Of a DNA stretch of 64,000 nucleotides, positions 36,058 to 47,688 are shown in pieces. Both the position numbers and the translations under genes were made by a program. Origin of the DNA: Squalus acanthias (lineage: Eukaryota); assembly GCA_030390025.1 (NCBI GenBank), contig CM059432.1:121150001-121214000 (forward strand), in the 5' to 3' direction. The stretch's first letter is position 1; every line of letters starts with the position of its first letter. The notes under the pieces were generated by a model. The model did no database searches. It was not told where the DNA came from and saw nothing but the letters and a program-made list of their open reading frames with translations.

Positions 36058-37034
36058 GGTCTTTGATGGTGCATGTCACTCAACAGCTGCCGAGGGAGAG
36101 TCAATTTACCATGTCTGCTTTTCCAACGGAGGCTGTTAGAATATGTGGAACACGTAGCACTACATTCTATACTTGAATCCCTGCAAAGGTGGAACAACTG
36201 CAGTCTACCATAAAGCAGAGAGTTGCACCAGTAGCAAATGCAATGACTACCGCAATTGTGCAGCCACAGTTGAGGCAGCATGTCTGGCCTTTAATAAACT
36301 TTTAACAAGCCAGATATTTTAAATCTCGTGAGCATCAGTTAATAATTGAAGAAAAGTCTGTTATCTCTCTCTGATGCTTTTGTCAAACCTATTTCTCCAT
36401 TTAGCTTAGACTGTGGAAGAGAAAATACCTCAATGTGTATGTGTGTGTGTATACACAGGCATGTTTGCGTGTGTGTGCATATAGACATGCTGATTCTTTG
36501 AAAGCCATCATCCTTCCAATGATAGCTAGAAAGGAGAGTTATCCATTCTCTTCTTTTATGAATTTTAGGAAAGCATAAATTCTGTTTAAAGTGGTGACAA
36601 TTGAAACTTTTTTAAACCAGTCTTACTAAAGAGTCAAAGATGACCAGTTTATCATCTACATACCCTAACCGTAACTTAAACTTCAGGGATGAGGCTTGAT
36701 AGCCATTTACTTCAAACTGTCACTTCAAATATGCCAGTGACCAAAATTGACCAACTTATGCCAACTCCAAAGCCCAGGGTAGATCGGGACAGGACTTTGG
36801 CTTGAGTTCAGGGATTTGATTTGCTGTTAATGAAACGTCACGAACAGTTTTAAAAAGCTGAATAACTAACATTTCCAAATCATGAAGCATGCAGAGTAAG
36901 TGGGAACAAGTTATTTTAAAAAACAGACTCTTAGAAGATTCCAGACAACCTGCTTTGACAAAACAGGCTGTCCGTTCAACATGTAACCTGTTTAAGGCCA
37001 ACCCTATAGTTACCATGGAGGAAAGAGAGAATGA

Positions 37035-37233
37035 TGTGGAGATGCCGGTGTTGGACTGGGGTGGACAAATGTGAGAAGGCGCACAACACCAGGTTATAGT
37101 CCAACAGCTTTATTTGAAATCACAAGTTTTCGGAGCGCTGCTCCTTCATTCAGGTGAAGTGCAGAAATGCATATAGGCACAGCATATATAGTCAGAGAAC
37201 AATGCCAGATGATTACAGTTAATCTTTCTAACT
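37035..37233 (-). mobile_element. Penelope-like element terminal-repeat fragment with hammerhead-like core
   Basis: 10-bp TSD GAGAGAATGA; minus strand TCAC-CTGAATGA-AGGAGCAGCGCTCC-GAAA-ACTT-GTGA; related copies at 51803 and 58412. Confidence 0.65.
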
Positions 37234-38389
37234 GAGAGAATGAACTGGCTTTTGGATCTCATTGGGTTACTTTTCTTGTAAATGCACACCCAGCAGCAGT
37301 TGTATAGAACACAGCAATGTCCGTGTGTACATTTACTATGCAAATGAACCAAGCAGGCATTCTTTCGATATGAAATTGGAAGGAAATGTTGAAAATTCTG
37401 TAAGATTTTCAGTCAAACTTTCATTATCATAGAGAAAAAAAATTGTGCAGCTGCAATAACAGAATTATGTGTTCACGATTTTCTTTCTGGCATTTAGGGA
37501 GTTCTTTTCAAGACTTATTTCACTGTCAAATGTACCCTTGAAACTTCTAGTGGAGATTTATCATCCAGTGGGAAGATTGTCTAACAATTGCCATTCATCA
37601 TATTTCACCTCGCTAATACTATACTTTCTCCCTACATTTGGCAAGAGGTTGTAATTGTTCCTCATACCATAAATATAAGGAAGTACATACAGCAGAATGC
37701 ATTTTTGTTGTCTCTGCATTATCTAATCAGATAGCGTGGACTGGGATTACTTTTGATACTCAACTCAATCCCTACAACCAGCTCAGCCAGAGCTCTGAAA
37801 ACAACAATCAGTTTCAATAATTTGTCACTGTCCTAGTTTAAAATTCTAGCTCATCATTTCATTGACTTTGCATGTTACAAGAATAAAATACCTTTTAAAA
37901 TTAGCAAATGGAGGAGGATCAGTCTCAGTTACTGGTCTTTTAGCAGTTACTGGCCCCAATGCCCATTAATTAATATCTTCCAATACTTAGAGTGCCAGTG
38001 AGTCAGAAGTTATACGTCCAGATTAGCTCTTTTATAAGTTATTAAAATGTATGATTTTTGAGGTTAGAAAGGATCATTTCTAATTGACTTACTTGCCTAG
38101 GAATGCGATCATGCCGAACATGGGCGCTCAGGGGCATGGTCCTCTGCAAGTACCTGTTCATTTGGTCCCAGGCACCACATAAAATTGTTGCTGGGACCTC
38201 ATTAAAGTGATTCAGGCATACAGCCAGCACCATCCATATACTCATTGGTTGCACTGCTGTTTGGTGGGAGGGGCAGGAGACGTGCATCTCTGATGCCACT
38301 TCAAGGCAGCTGGTGCCTCTTCAAAGGGAGGTACCCTCTGGCTGCAGACAGGAAGGAAACTTCCCAGGTTGAAGTAAATGACTGGATGA

Positions 38390-38608
38390 GGTCAAGAGAG
38401 GGCACCAAATGCTGAGTTTGAGGCTCTGGTCCAGGCAATAAACAGGAAGATAGAGATCCTGTTCCACCCAGGGGGCAGAAAGCCCTCCAGGTAACACCAC
38501 TGCCGTCAGTGGGAAGAGGTCACTGAGGAGGTCAATGGCAAGACCTTAGTTCCAAGAAAATGATGCAGTGTTGAAAAAATTCAACTGTCTCACAGTGTTT
38601 AAGGTAAG
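38390..38608 (+). pseudogene. Harbinger Myb/SANT exon 1 remnant
   Basis: EALVQAINRKIEILF...QWEEVTEEVN...KKFN, then AAG|GTAAGA. Confidence 0.55.
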
Positions 38609-38654
38609 AATGTCGATCTGCTCAACTCTTCACAACTTCCAGCCTCATTACTTA

Positions 38655-40752
38655 CATCAGCAGCAGCAGAACTGTATTCGACCTCATGGCCCGGCATATC
38701 CCTCACTCTACCATTAACATCAAGCCAAGGGACCAACCTGGTTCAATGAGGAGTGTAGAAGAGCATGCTAGGAGCAGCACCAGGCATACCTAAAAATGAG
38801 GTGTCAACCTGGATAAGCTGCAACACAGGACTGCATGCAAGCTAAAAAGCAGAAGCGGCATGTTATAGACAGGGCTAAGCGATCCCACAATCAATGGATC
38901 AGATCAAAGCTCTGCAGTCCTGCCACATCCAGTCGTGAATGGTGATGGACCATTAAACAACTAACGGGAGGAGGAGGCTCCATGAATATCCCCATCCTCA
39001 ATGATGGTGGAGCCCAGCACATGAGTGCAAAAGACAAGGCTGAAGCGTTTGCAACCATCTTCAGCCAGAAGTGCCGTGTGGATGATCCATATTGGCGTAC
39101 TCCTGAGGTCCCCACCATCACAAAAGCCAGTCTTCAGCCAATTCTATTCACTCCACAGGATATCTAGAAATGGCTGAGCGCACTGGATACAGCAAAGGCT
39201 ATGGGCCCCGACAACATCCCAGCTGTCGTGCTGAAGCCTTGTGCTCCAGTACAAGCTGCGCCTCTAGCCAAGCTGTTCCAGTACAGCTACAACACTGGCA
39301 TCTATCCGACAATGTGGAAAACTGTCCAGGTATGTCCGATCCACAGAAAGGACAAATCCAATCCTGCCAATTACCGCCCCATCAGTCTACTCTCAATCAT
39401 CAGCAAAGTGATGGAAGGTATCATTGACAGTGCTATCAAGCGGCACTTACTCATCAATAACCTGCTCACTGATGCCCAGTTTGAGCTCCGCCAAGATCAC
39501 TCAGCTCCCGACCTCATTACAGCCTTGATTCAAACATGGACAAAGGAGTTAAATTCCAGAGGTGAGGTGAGAGTGACTGCCCTTGACATCAAGGCAGCAT
39601 TTGACCGAGTGTGGCATCAAGGAGCCCTAGTAAAACTGAAGTCAATGGGAATCGGGGGGAAAACTCTCCACTGGCTGGAATCATACCTAACACAAAGGAA
39701 GATGGTTGTGGTGGTTGAAGGTCAATCATCACAGCCCTAGGACATCGCTGCAGGAGTTCCTCAGGGCAGTGTCCTGGGCCCAACCATCTTCAGCTGCTTC
39801 ATCAATGACCTTCCCTCCAACATAAGGTCAGAAATGGGGATATTTGCTGATGACTGCACAGCGTTCAGCGCCATTCACAACTCCTCAGATAATATGAAGC
39901 AGTCCATGTCCACATGCAACAAGACCTGGACGACATTCAGGCTTGGGCTGATAAGTGGCAGGAAACATTCGCGCCACACAAGTGCCAGGCAATGACTATC
40001 TCCAACAAGCGAGAGTCTAACCACCGCCTCTTGACATTCAACGGCATTACCATCGCCGAATCCCCCACCATCAACATCCTGGGGGGTCACCATTGACCAG
40101 AAACTTAACTGGACCAGCCATATAAATACTGTGGCAACAAGAGCAGGTAAGAGGCTAGGTATTCTGCGGCGAGTGTCTCACCTCCTGACTCCCCAAAGCC
40201 TTTCCACCATCTTCAAGGCACAAGTCAGGAGTGTGATGGAATGCTCTCCACTTGCCTGGATGAGTGCAGCTCCAACAACACTCAAGAAGCTCGACACCAT
40301 CCAGGACAAAGCAGCCCGCTTGATTGGCACCCTATCCACCACATTAAACATTTACTGCCTCCACTACCATTGTATCGTGGCTGCAGTGTGTACCATCTAC
40401 AAGATGCACTGCAACAACTCGCCAAGGCTTCTTCGGCAGCACCTCCTGAACCCGTGACCTCTTCCACCTAGAAGGACAAGAGCAGCAGGCACATGGGAAC
40501 ACCATCACCTCCAAGTTCCCCTCCAAGTCACACACCATCCTGACTTGGAAATATATCGCCGTTCCTTCATCATCACTGGGTCAAAATCCTGGAACTCACT
40601 CCCTAACAGCACTGTCGGAGTACCTTCACCACACGGACTGCAGCAGTTCAAGAAGGCGGCTCACCACCACCTTCTCAAGGGCAATTAGGGATGGGCAATA
40701 AATGCTGGCCTTGCCAGCGACGCCCACATCCCAGGAACGAATAAAAAAAAAA
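38655..40752 (+). mobile_element. 5'-truncated copy of the tRNA-headed LINE family
   Basis: ANYRPISLLSIISKVME, LDIKAAFDRVWH, GVPQGSVLGP, FADD; same tail followed by poly(A). Confidence 0.92.
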
Positions 40753-41755
40753 TGCTGCTCCTGCTCCTCCTGCACTTCTTGCAGCCCAGGTGGTGAAAAG
40801 GGCTGGTCCATGACGGCAAAAGTTATTGAGCATACAGTAGATGCTCATAAATCTGGATTCCTGGGTTTACTGCAAAGATCCTCCCGAACGGTCCAAGCAG
40901 CAGAAGCATTGCTTGAGCACGCTGATTGTTTGCTCAATGAATTTCTGGTGGTGACATGGCTCTCATTGTAGGTCTGCTCTGCAGCTGTGCCCAGGTTCCT
41001 CACAAGAGTCATGGCCAATGTTTAAAGGCATGAGCCCTTGTCACCCATTAACCAGCCTATAACTTGACCATCTGATTGGAATAAACGCGGCAAAGAGGAC
41101 TGGCGCAGGATGAATACAGCATGACTGCTGCTGGGAAACTGGGCACAGACCTGCATGATGCTCTGCCTGTGGCCGCAAACAAGCTGGATATTGAGGGAGT
41201 GGAATCCCTTTCTATTCAGAAAGATGCCAGGCTGGTGGTGTGGAGCACGCAAGGCAATATGGGTGCAGTCTGTGGTACATTGCACCCTGGAGCAGCCTAC
41301 AATGTGGGCGAAGCCTCCTGCTCTCTCATCCGGTTTTGTTCTTTCCATGGGGAAAGAGATGTCGGTGTTCTTCCTGGTATGGAGAGCTTCAGTGACCTTC
41401 ATGATACAAGGTGGACTGCAAACTGGGCGATGTCGCTGATGTTACCTGCTGCAGCCGTCGTGACTTTAACAGCCAAAGGCAGTGCTGACCTTGCCTAGTT
41501 CAAAGCTCAAGTTGTGGAGGCAACAGGTGACATAGCTCGGTGACAACATCCTTTGTGAAGCGAAGGTACCTGAGACATTGCTCCTCAGTGGAGTTGAGTT
41601 AGGAGAACTGTTCCCTGAAGAACCACTGTGGGTATGGCCTTCTGCAAAGTGCCCTCTCGCCCCCGTTTATCTCAGCTGTTCCTGCTCTCTCCTGTCTCAT
41701 TGGCTGCTGCCCCTTGTCCTCCAGCCCCAAAGGCCACCTGACCAGACCACCTATG
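40753..41755 (-). pseudogene. Harbinger transposase remnant
   Basis: TDCTHIAL, RKGFHSLNIQLVC, WLMGDKG; candidate element terminus AATTTCTAGGCC at ~42239-42250. Confidence 0.8.
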
Positions 41756-42344
41756 ACTGCAGTGAAACTGTTTTGAAAGCAGCCAATGAGTGCAGCACCA
41801 GCAAAAACCTCTTCTCAGACGTCAGAAATCAGTTATAGAAGTCAGAAAATGGGCCACAAAACACCCAGAGGTTAACCAGTAGTCTAAAAGGACAAACCAG
41901 CAATTAACCTCAATGGAGTGGATGAGCCCTTTAAATAGCATTGCTCAAGGGTCCTTTTTGCCTGTTAGTGCCATGAGTTACTGAGTGAGTTTATCACGTG
42001 GCTAGTTAAGTGTTGGGACAGCCCAATATCAGAAAAGGGTCCTACAACATGCATAGGATCCTTCTTTAAATATTATAATATGCATTGTAAATACTTGCGG
42101 TGTGCACTTTGGCCGCCTCCAGAGGAGCCCGATCCAATATGGCGCATTTCCAGTGCTGGATTGGGGTGCGCGTGCTGCCCACCATATTGGACACTTAGGC
42201 AAATGTTTTACGTCTGTAAAATGGATGTGATGACTATGAATTTCTAGGCCATTGTGTTTTCAAGATTTTCAGGATGGTAAGCAAAATCCTCTGGGGGATT
42301 ACTAGATTTCTCTTCTAATTATTTCTATCTAATTATTTTACTCT

Positions 42345-42668
42345 CTTTGGAGAGTCAGTGACAAGGGTCATTAATTCAAAAATTTACACTGAGAGAGTGA
42401 GCAGGGAGATGAGGAGACATTTCATTATGCAGGGATTTGTTGGAACATGGAATATTTTGCAACAAGAAGCGGTTGAGGCAGGAGGCAGACATCATTGCAT
42501 CTTTAATTGGAAAATTGGAGAACTATTTGAAGCAGAGGACAATATTGGGCTACAGGGAGAGAACAAGGCAATGGGACTAGTTTTGGATTGCTCTAGCAAA
42601 CAGCTGGAACACAATTGACTGAATGGCCTCCTTCTGTACTTTACACTTCTATGGTTCTATGTTTCTAT
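42345..42668 (+). mobile_element. Old CR1 3' fragment
   Basis: TRGH-like motif, EMRRHF.MQGFVGTWN; TTCTATG tail. Confidence 0.7.
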
Positions 42669-43583
42669 CAAACCACACTTGTAGACTAATGCTCTATGGA
42701 AAGAATTGATTGCAGAATCTATTACTTATTAAGGCATTCCTGTAGGGTTTATTTCTGCCTCTAGAATTTTAGAAGTAGCCCACTAATCCCAGGTCCACAT
42801 AGATTCTGAATTAGCACTGGATACAGAAAAGCCAACAGGTCCCAACAACATCCTAACTGTCGTGCTGAAGACTTGTGCTCCAAAACTAGCCCTGTCCCTA
42901 GCCAAGCTGCTCCAGTACAGTTACAATATTGGCATCTACCCGACAATGTGAAAAATTGCCTTGGTATATTGTGTCCACAAAAAGCAGGACAAATCCAACC
43001 CAGCCAATTACTGCCCTATCACCCTACTCACAATCATCAGCAAAGTGATACAAGGAGTCATCAATAGTACTATTAAGCGACATTTACTCACCAATAACCT
43101 GCTCACTGATGCTCAGTCTGGGTTCTGCCAGGACCACTCGGCTCCAGACCTTATTACAGCCTTGGCCCAAACATGGACACTTAGGGGGCGATTTTGCCAG
43201 CCCTGGGGAGGTGGGTATAGAGGCGGGACTGCCGGGAAAATGGTAGAATTTGGGGGTGGGTGCCCAACCTGCCTCCATGCCATCTTCCCAGGAGGCGGGT
43301 AGCCGTCCCGCGTCGGGTCCCGTCTCCTTGGAGGCAGGAAGGGATTAAAGCTTATTAACTGCCTGTTAACAGGTAGTTAACAGGCAGAAAATAGGATTAT
43401 CCCCTTTTTGCCCTCACAAGTGCGGGCTTCCCGAAGGCTCCGAAACCCGGCAGGTCACCGAGGCGAGTAGTGGGTCTGCGGGGGTTGGGGGGGTGCAAAA
43501 GTGCGCTGTGAAGGTAAGTGATGGGTGCAAGTGTGGAGAGGTGAGTATCTGAGGTAAGTGCAAAGTGTTAGTAAAAGTGTACT

Positions 43584-43822
43584 TGTGACGGATCGCCACC
43601 TAAACGGGCATTATCCACTTTTCCGTCCGTGGACAAATATCGAGCACCTTGCCTTTAAGGCACCTTACCTTTAAGGCAGGAGTGGGCGGGGTCTCAGGAT
43701 TTTTCCAGAGAATTCTGGGAGCATTCGGTTCAGCCATTTGGTGCCATGCAGTTGCATTAAAAAGTCTCTCATTTTCCACACATGGATTCAGTCTTAATTC
43801 GTGTTTCGCGGCAGCCTCAACA
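43584..43822 (+). repeat. 5' LTR of the CsRN1-like element
   Basis: Repeat of 47689-47771 plus 48666-48821; about 10 mismatches in 239 bp. Confidence 0.95.
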
Positions 43823-43823
43823 T

Positions 43824-43835
43824 TGGTGACCCCGA
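43824..43835 (+). promoter_or_regulatory. Primer-binding site, tRNA-Trp
   Basis: TGGTGACCCCGA 1 nt after the LTR; matches the start of the known tRNA-Trp PBS. Confidence 0.88.
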
Positions 43836-43862
43836 TGCTCAGAACGTATTCCGAGCACTGCA

Positions 43863-44380
43863 ATGGCGGACACGAACGCAGTTTCCGTGAAACTGCCGGA
43901 GTTTTGGGAAAACCAGCCCGAAGCCTGGTTTCTCCAAGCTGAATCTCGCTTCCGGCTGCGAAACATCACCACAGATGGGATGCAGTACGACTACCTCGTC
44001 ACATCACTCGGTAGCGCCACAGTTTCGAAGGTTTGGACAGCGCTGCAGAACCCACCAGAGGAAGGCAAGTATGCACATCTCAAGGCAGCGCTCCTTAAAA
44101 AATTTACGGCCTCGGCATATCAGCGAAACTGCCACCTCCTCGACCTTCCAGGACTCGGTGATGCCTCACCATCAGACCTCCTCTCCCACATGCTCTCCCT
44201 CACCGACGAGAGCCCACCCGGATCCCTCTTCCGCACGCTGTTCACCCGCCAGCTCCCTCTCAGCATCCGCCCAGCAATCGTGGCGTCCGGCCTCACCAAC
44301 CTGGAAGCCCTGGCCGATGAGGCCGACAAGCTGCTGTCCGCTCACTCCAGCCACGACATCACACGACAGCCAATGCCTGG
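43863..44380 (+). pseudogene. gag: Gag N-terminal part; continues in the -1 frame
   Basis: VSVKLPEFWENQPEAWFLQAESRF...LGDASPSDLL.HM...LADEADKL; the Gag Cys/His motif lies in the pol frame. Confidence 0.85.
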
Positions 44381-47300
44381 GTGCGCCCCTCACCGGCCAC
44401 CACGCGGCCAGAAGGGCCTGCCACCAGGCCCACGGGGCCTTCGCGCCCCACAAACCCGGGCCACTGTTACTACTACGCACGGTTCGGCGCCAGGGCACAA
44501 CGGTGCACACCTCCCTGCTCTTTCAAGTCCGCCCCCGTACCAGCCCCCGCGATGGCCGTGGGCCACGCGGGCTCCCTGCTTTTCGTCACGGATGACAAAA
44601 CCGGCCGCCGGTTCCTGTGCGACACTGGGGCTCAGCACAGCATCATCCTGGCCTCCTCCCTCGACATCCAAAAGGGCGAACGAGGACTGGCGCTGGCTGC
44701 TGCTAACGGCTCGGAAATCCGGACGTATGGCACCCGGACAGTCACCCTCGACCTCGCAGGTCGCCGCTACCGATGGGAGTTCATCACTGCCAAGGTGCTC
44801 TCCCCTCTCATCGGCACAGATTTCCTGTGCACCCACGGCCTACTGGTAGACATCCCCCGTCACCGCCTCGTGGACATGAACACCATGTCCCCCATCCTGG
44901 GGGCCATGGTCCCCCGTCAACCCACCGACATGGCGTCACAGCGCCACGCCCGGGCCACGGATGACTACTCGGCACTCCTGGCCGAATTCCCAGCCCTTAC
45001 CAATCCGACCTTCTCCGCGGAGGCCGCCAAACACGGGGTGGAACACTTCATCCCCACCACAGGCCCCCCAGTGTACGCCTACGCCCGCAGGCTGGACCCG
45101 ACCAATCTGGAGATCGCGCGGACTGAGTTTGCCACCATGGAACAGCTCGGCATCATCCGCCGCTCCAACAGTCCCTGGGCCTCCCCACTCCACATCGCCC
45201 CCAAACCAGGCGGAGGTTGGTGCCCCTGCGGGGATTACCGCCACCTCAACTACACCACCACCCCTGATCGGTACCCCGTGCTGCACATTCAGGACTTCTC
45301 GGCTAGACTGGCCAGCCGCTCAGTCTTTTCCAAGGTCGACCTGGTGCGCGGCTACCACCAAGTCCCCATCCACCCCGCGGACGTCCCCAAGCCGGCCGTA
45401 ATCACCCCCTTCGGCCTGTTCGAGTTCCTGCGGATGCTCTTCGGCCTCAAAAACACAGCCCAGGCATTCCAACGGCTCATGGACTCGGTCCTTCGGGACC
45501 TGAAGTTCCTGTTCGTCTACCTGGACGACATCCTGCTAGCCAGTTCCTCCAAGCAGGAACACCTCGAACACCTTCGCATCCTGTTCGGACGCCTCAGCGA
45601 CCATGGGCTCATCCTCAGCCCAGCCAAATGCCAGTTCTGCCTGGACAAGATCGACTTCCTCGGCCACCACATCACCCATGCTGGGGCCATTCCCCTGCCC
45701 ACCAAGGTGCAGGCCGTCCAACAATTTCCCCGCCCCACCACCATCAAAGGCCTCCAGGAGTTCCTCGGGATGGTGAATTTCTATAACCGCTTCATCCCCA
45801 AAGCGGCGTCCCTCATGAGGCCCCTGTATGAATCCCTCCGGGGAAGGAGTGGCAAGATGGCGGTCGAATGGACGGCAGACGCGTCCGCCGCCTTCGACTC
45901 CACCAAGACCGCGCTCGCCAACGCCACCCTGCTCGCGCACCCACGGCCCAATGCCAGGGTAGCGCTCACCACGGACGCCTCCGACCACGCGGTCGGCGCC
46001 GTGTATGAGCAGTGGGTCGACGGCGCCTGGCAACCAATTGCCTTCTTCAGCCGTCAACTACACCCCCCGGAGGTCAAGTACAGCACCTTCGACCGCGAGC
46101 TCCTCGCGCTGTTCCTGGCGGTCCGCCATTTTCGGTTTTTGCTTGAGGGCCACCCCTTCACTGCGTTTGTCGACCACAAGCCCCTGACATTCACAATGGC
46201 AAAGACAACCGACCCCTGGTCCGCCAGGCAGCAGCGCCAGCTTGCGTCAGTGTCCGAGTTCACCACGGACATCCAACACGTCTCCGGCCGAGACAATGTG
46301 GTAGCCGACTGCCTCTCCTGCCCCGCCATCCATGCCGCACACCTGGCAGTCGACTACGCTCAACTCACAGCAGACCAGATCACCGACCCTGATCTGCTCT
46401 CCGCAACTACCTACCTACCAGGGCTACGCCTGGCCGACGCCGCCTGTGGCCTGACCGCAGTCACGGTCAAGTGCGACATATCCCTATGTCAACCTCGGCC
46501 CATCGTCCCAGCGTCCTGGTGCCGCCGGGTATTCAAAATTCTCCACAACCTCTCCCACCCCGGCGCCCGCGCATCCATCAAATTGGTAGCCAACCGCTTC
46601 GTCTGGCGCGGCCTTCGCAAGGATGTGCGTACTTGGGCCAACTCCTGCCTAGCCTGCCAACGGGCCAAGGTACAGCAACACACGAAAGCAACCCTCGAGG
46701 AGTTTACCGTCCCCTCGCAGAGATTCAACCACATCCACGTGGACATCGTCGGGCCCCTGCCGCCGTCGCAAGGCCACACGCACTTGCTGACGATCGTTGA
46801 CCACACCACACGCTGGCCCGAGGCAATTCCACTGACCTCTACCACCACCGCCGACATCGCCAGAGCCTTCGTCAGCACCTGGGTCGCACGGTTCGGCGTC
46901 CCCTCCGACATGACGTCGGACAGAGGTCCACAATTTACCTCTGAACTCTGGACCGCCATCGCACGCAATCTCGGGGTGACCATTCACCGCACCACAGCGT
47001 ACCACCCCCAAGCCAACAGACTGTGTGAGCGGTTCCACAGATCCTTGAAGGCATCTCATCGAGCCAGCCCCCAGCACTGCGCCTGGTCCGACCGACTTCC
47101 GTGGGTCCTCCTCGGCCTGCGCACCGCGGTTAAAGAAGACCTCCACGCATCGGCAGCAGAGCTCGTGTACGGTCAGCCGCTGCGCGTACCCGGCGAGTTC
47201 CTGCCCACCGCCACGACACCCTGGTCAGCCGACCAGCAACGCCACGAATTCGCCTCAGCGGCGCTGCAGTTCACCCCGGTGCCCATTGCCCGAGACGGCG

Positions 47301-47668
47301 AATCCACCTCACACGTCCCACTAAGCCTGCACCAGGCACGGTTTGTTTTCGTCTGGCACGACACCCACTGCGGACCCCTTCAACCCCCATACGACGGGCC
47401 CTACAAGGTGCTACAGGCTGGGGAGAAATTTTTCACCCTGCAAGTGGGCGACAGGACCGAAAAAGTGTCGGTTGACCGACTCAAGCCAGCACACTCGGAG
47501 CCTGGTGAGCAGGTCCCTGTAGCTCGTCCACCTCCACGCGGCCGACCTGCCCTCAAGCTGGTTCACCCGGCTGCTCCACGCCCGGCCGTTCCACGTCCAC
47601 CGGCGTCCTACAAGAGCCGCTCCAGCCGGCCCATCAGACCGCTGCACCGTCTCGTCCACACCTCCTAA
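44381..47668 (+). CDS. pol: Gag C-terminus plus Pol (PR-RT-RH-IN), 1095 codons open
   Basis: CYYYARFGARAQRCTPPC; LCDTGA; CGDYR, YLDD; TDAS, DRELLA, DHKPL; H..SH/C..C, DIVGP, SDRG, CERF; GPY motif. Confidence 0.93.
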   Translation: MRPSPATTRPEGPATRPTGPSRPTNPGHCYYYARFGARAQRCTPPCSFKSAPVPAPAMAVGHAGSLLFVTDDKTGRRFLCDTGAQHSIILASSLDIQKGERGLALAAANGSEIRTYGTRTVTLDLAGRRYRWEFITAKVLSPLIGTDFLCTHGLLVDIPRHRLVDMNTMSPILGAMVPRQPTDMASQRHARATDDYSALLAEFPALTNPTFSAEAAKHGVEHFIPTTGPPVYAYARRLDPTNLEIARTEFATMEQLGIIRRSNSPWASPLHIAPKPGGGWCPCGDYRHLNYTTTPDRYPVLHIQDFSARLASRSVFSKVDLVRGYHQVPIHPADVPKPAVITPFGLFEFLRMLFGLKNTAQAFQRLMDSVLRDLKFLFVYLDDILLASSSKQEHLEHLRILFGRLSDHGLILSPAKCQFCLDKIDFLGHHITHAGAIPLPTKVQAVQQFPRPTTIKGLQEFLGMVNFYNRFIPKAASLMRPLYESLRGRSGKMAVEWTADASAAFDSTKTALANATLLAHPRPNARVALTTDASDHAVGAVYEQWVDGAWQPIAFFSRQLHPPEVKYSTFDRELLALFLAVRHFRFLLEGHPFTAFVDHKPLTFTMAKTTDPWSARQQRQLASVSEFTTDIQHVSGRDNVVADCLSCPAIHAAHLAVDYAQLTADQITDPDLLSATTYLPGLRLADAACGLTAVTVKCDISLCQPRPIVPASWCRRVFKILHNLSHPGARASIKLVANRFVWRGLRKDVRTWANSCLACQRAKVQQHTKATLEEFTVPSQRFNHIHVDIVGPLPPSQGHTHLLTIVDHTTRWPEAIPLTSTTTADIARAFVSTWVARFGVPSDMTSDRGPQFTSELWTAIARNLGVTIHRTTAYHPQANRLCERFHRSLKASHRASPQHCAWSDRLPWVLLGLRTAVKEDLHASAAELVYGQPLRVPGEFLPTATTPWSADQQRHEFASAALQFTPVPIARDGESTSHVPLSLHQARFVFVWHDTHCGPLQPPYDGPYKVLQAGEKFFTLQVGDRTEKVSVDRLKPAHSEPGEQVPVARPPPRGRPALKLVHPAAPRPAVPRPPASYKSRSSRPIRPLHRLVHTS

Positions 47669-47688
47669 GCGGATTCTGGGGGGAGCTG

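Noticed and set aside
44340..44400. Programmed -1 ribosomal frameshift between gag and pol
   Set aside because: No slippery heptamer seen, and the Gag Cys/His motif lies downstream in the pol frame, so a mutational indel is more likely
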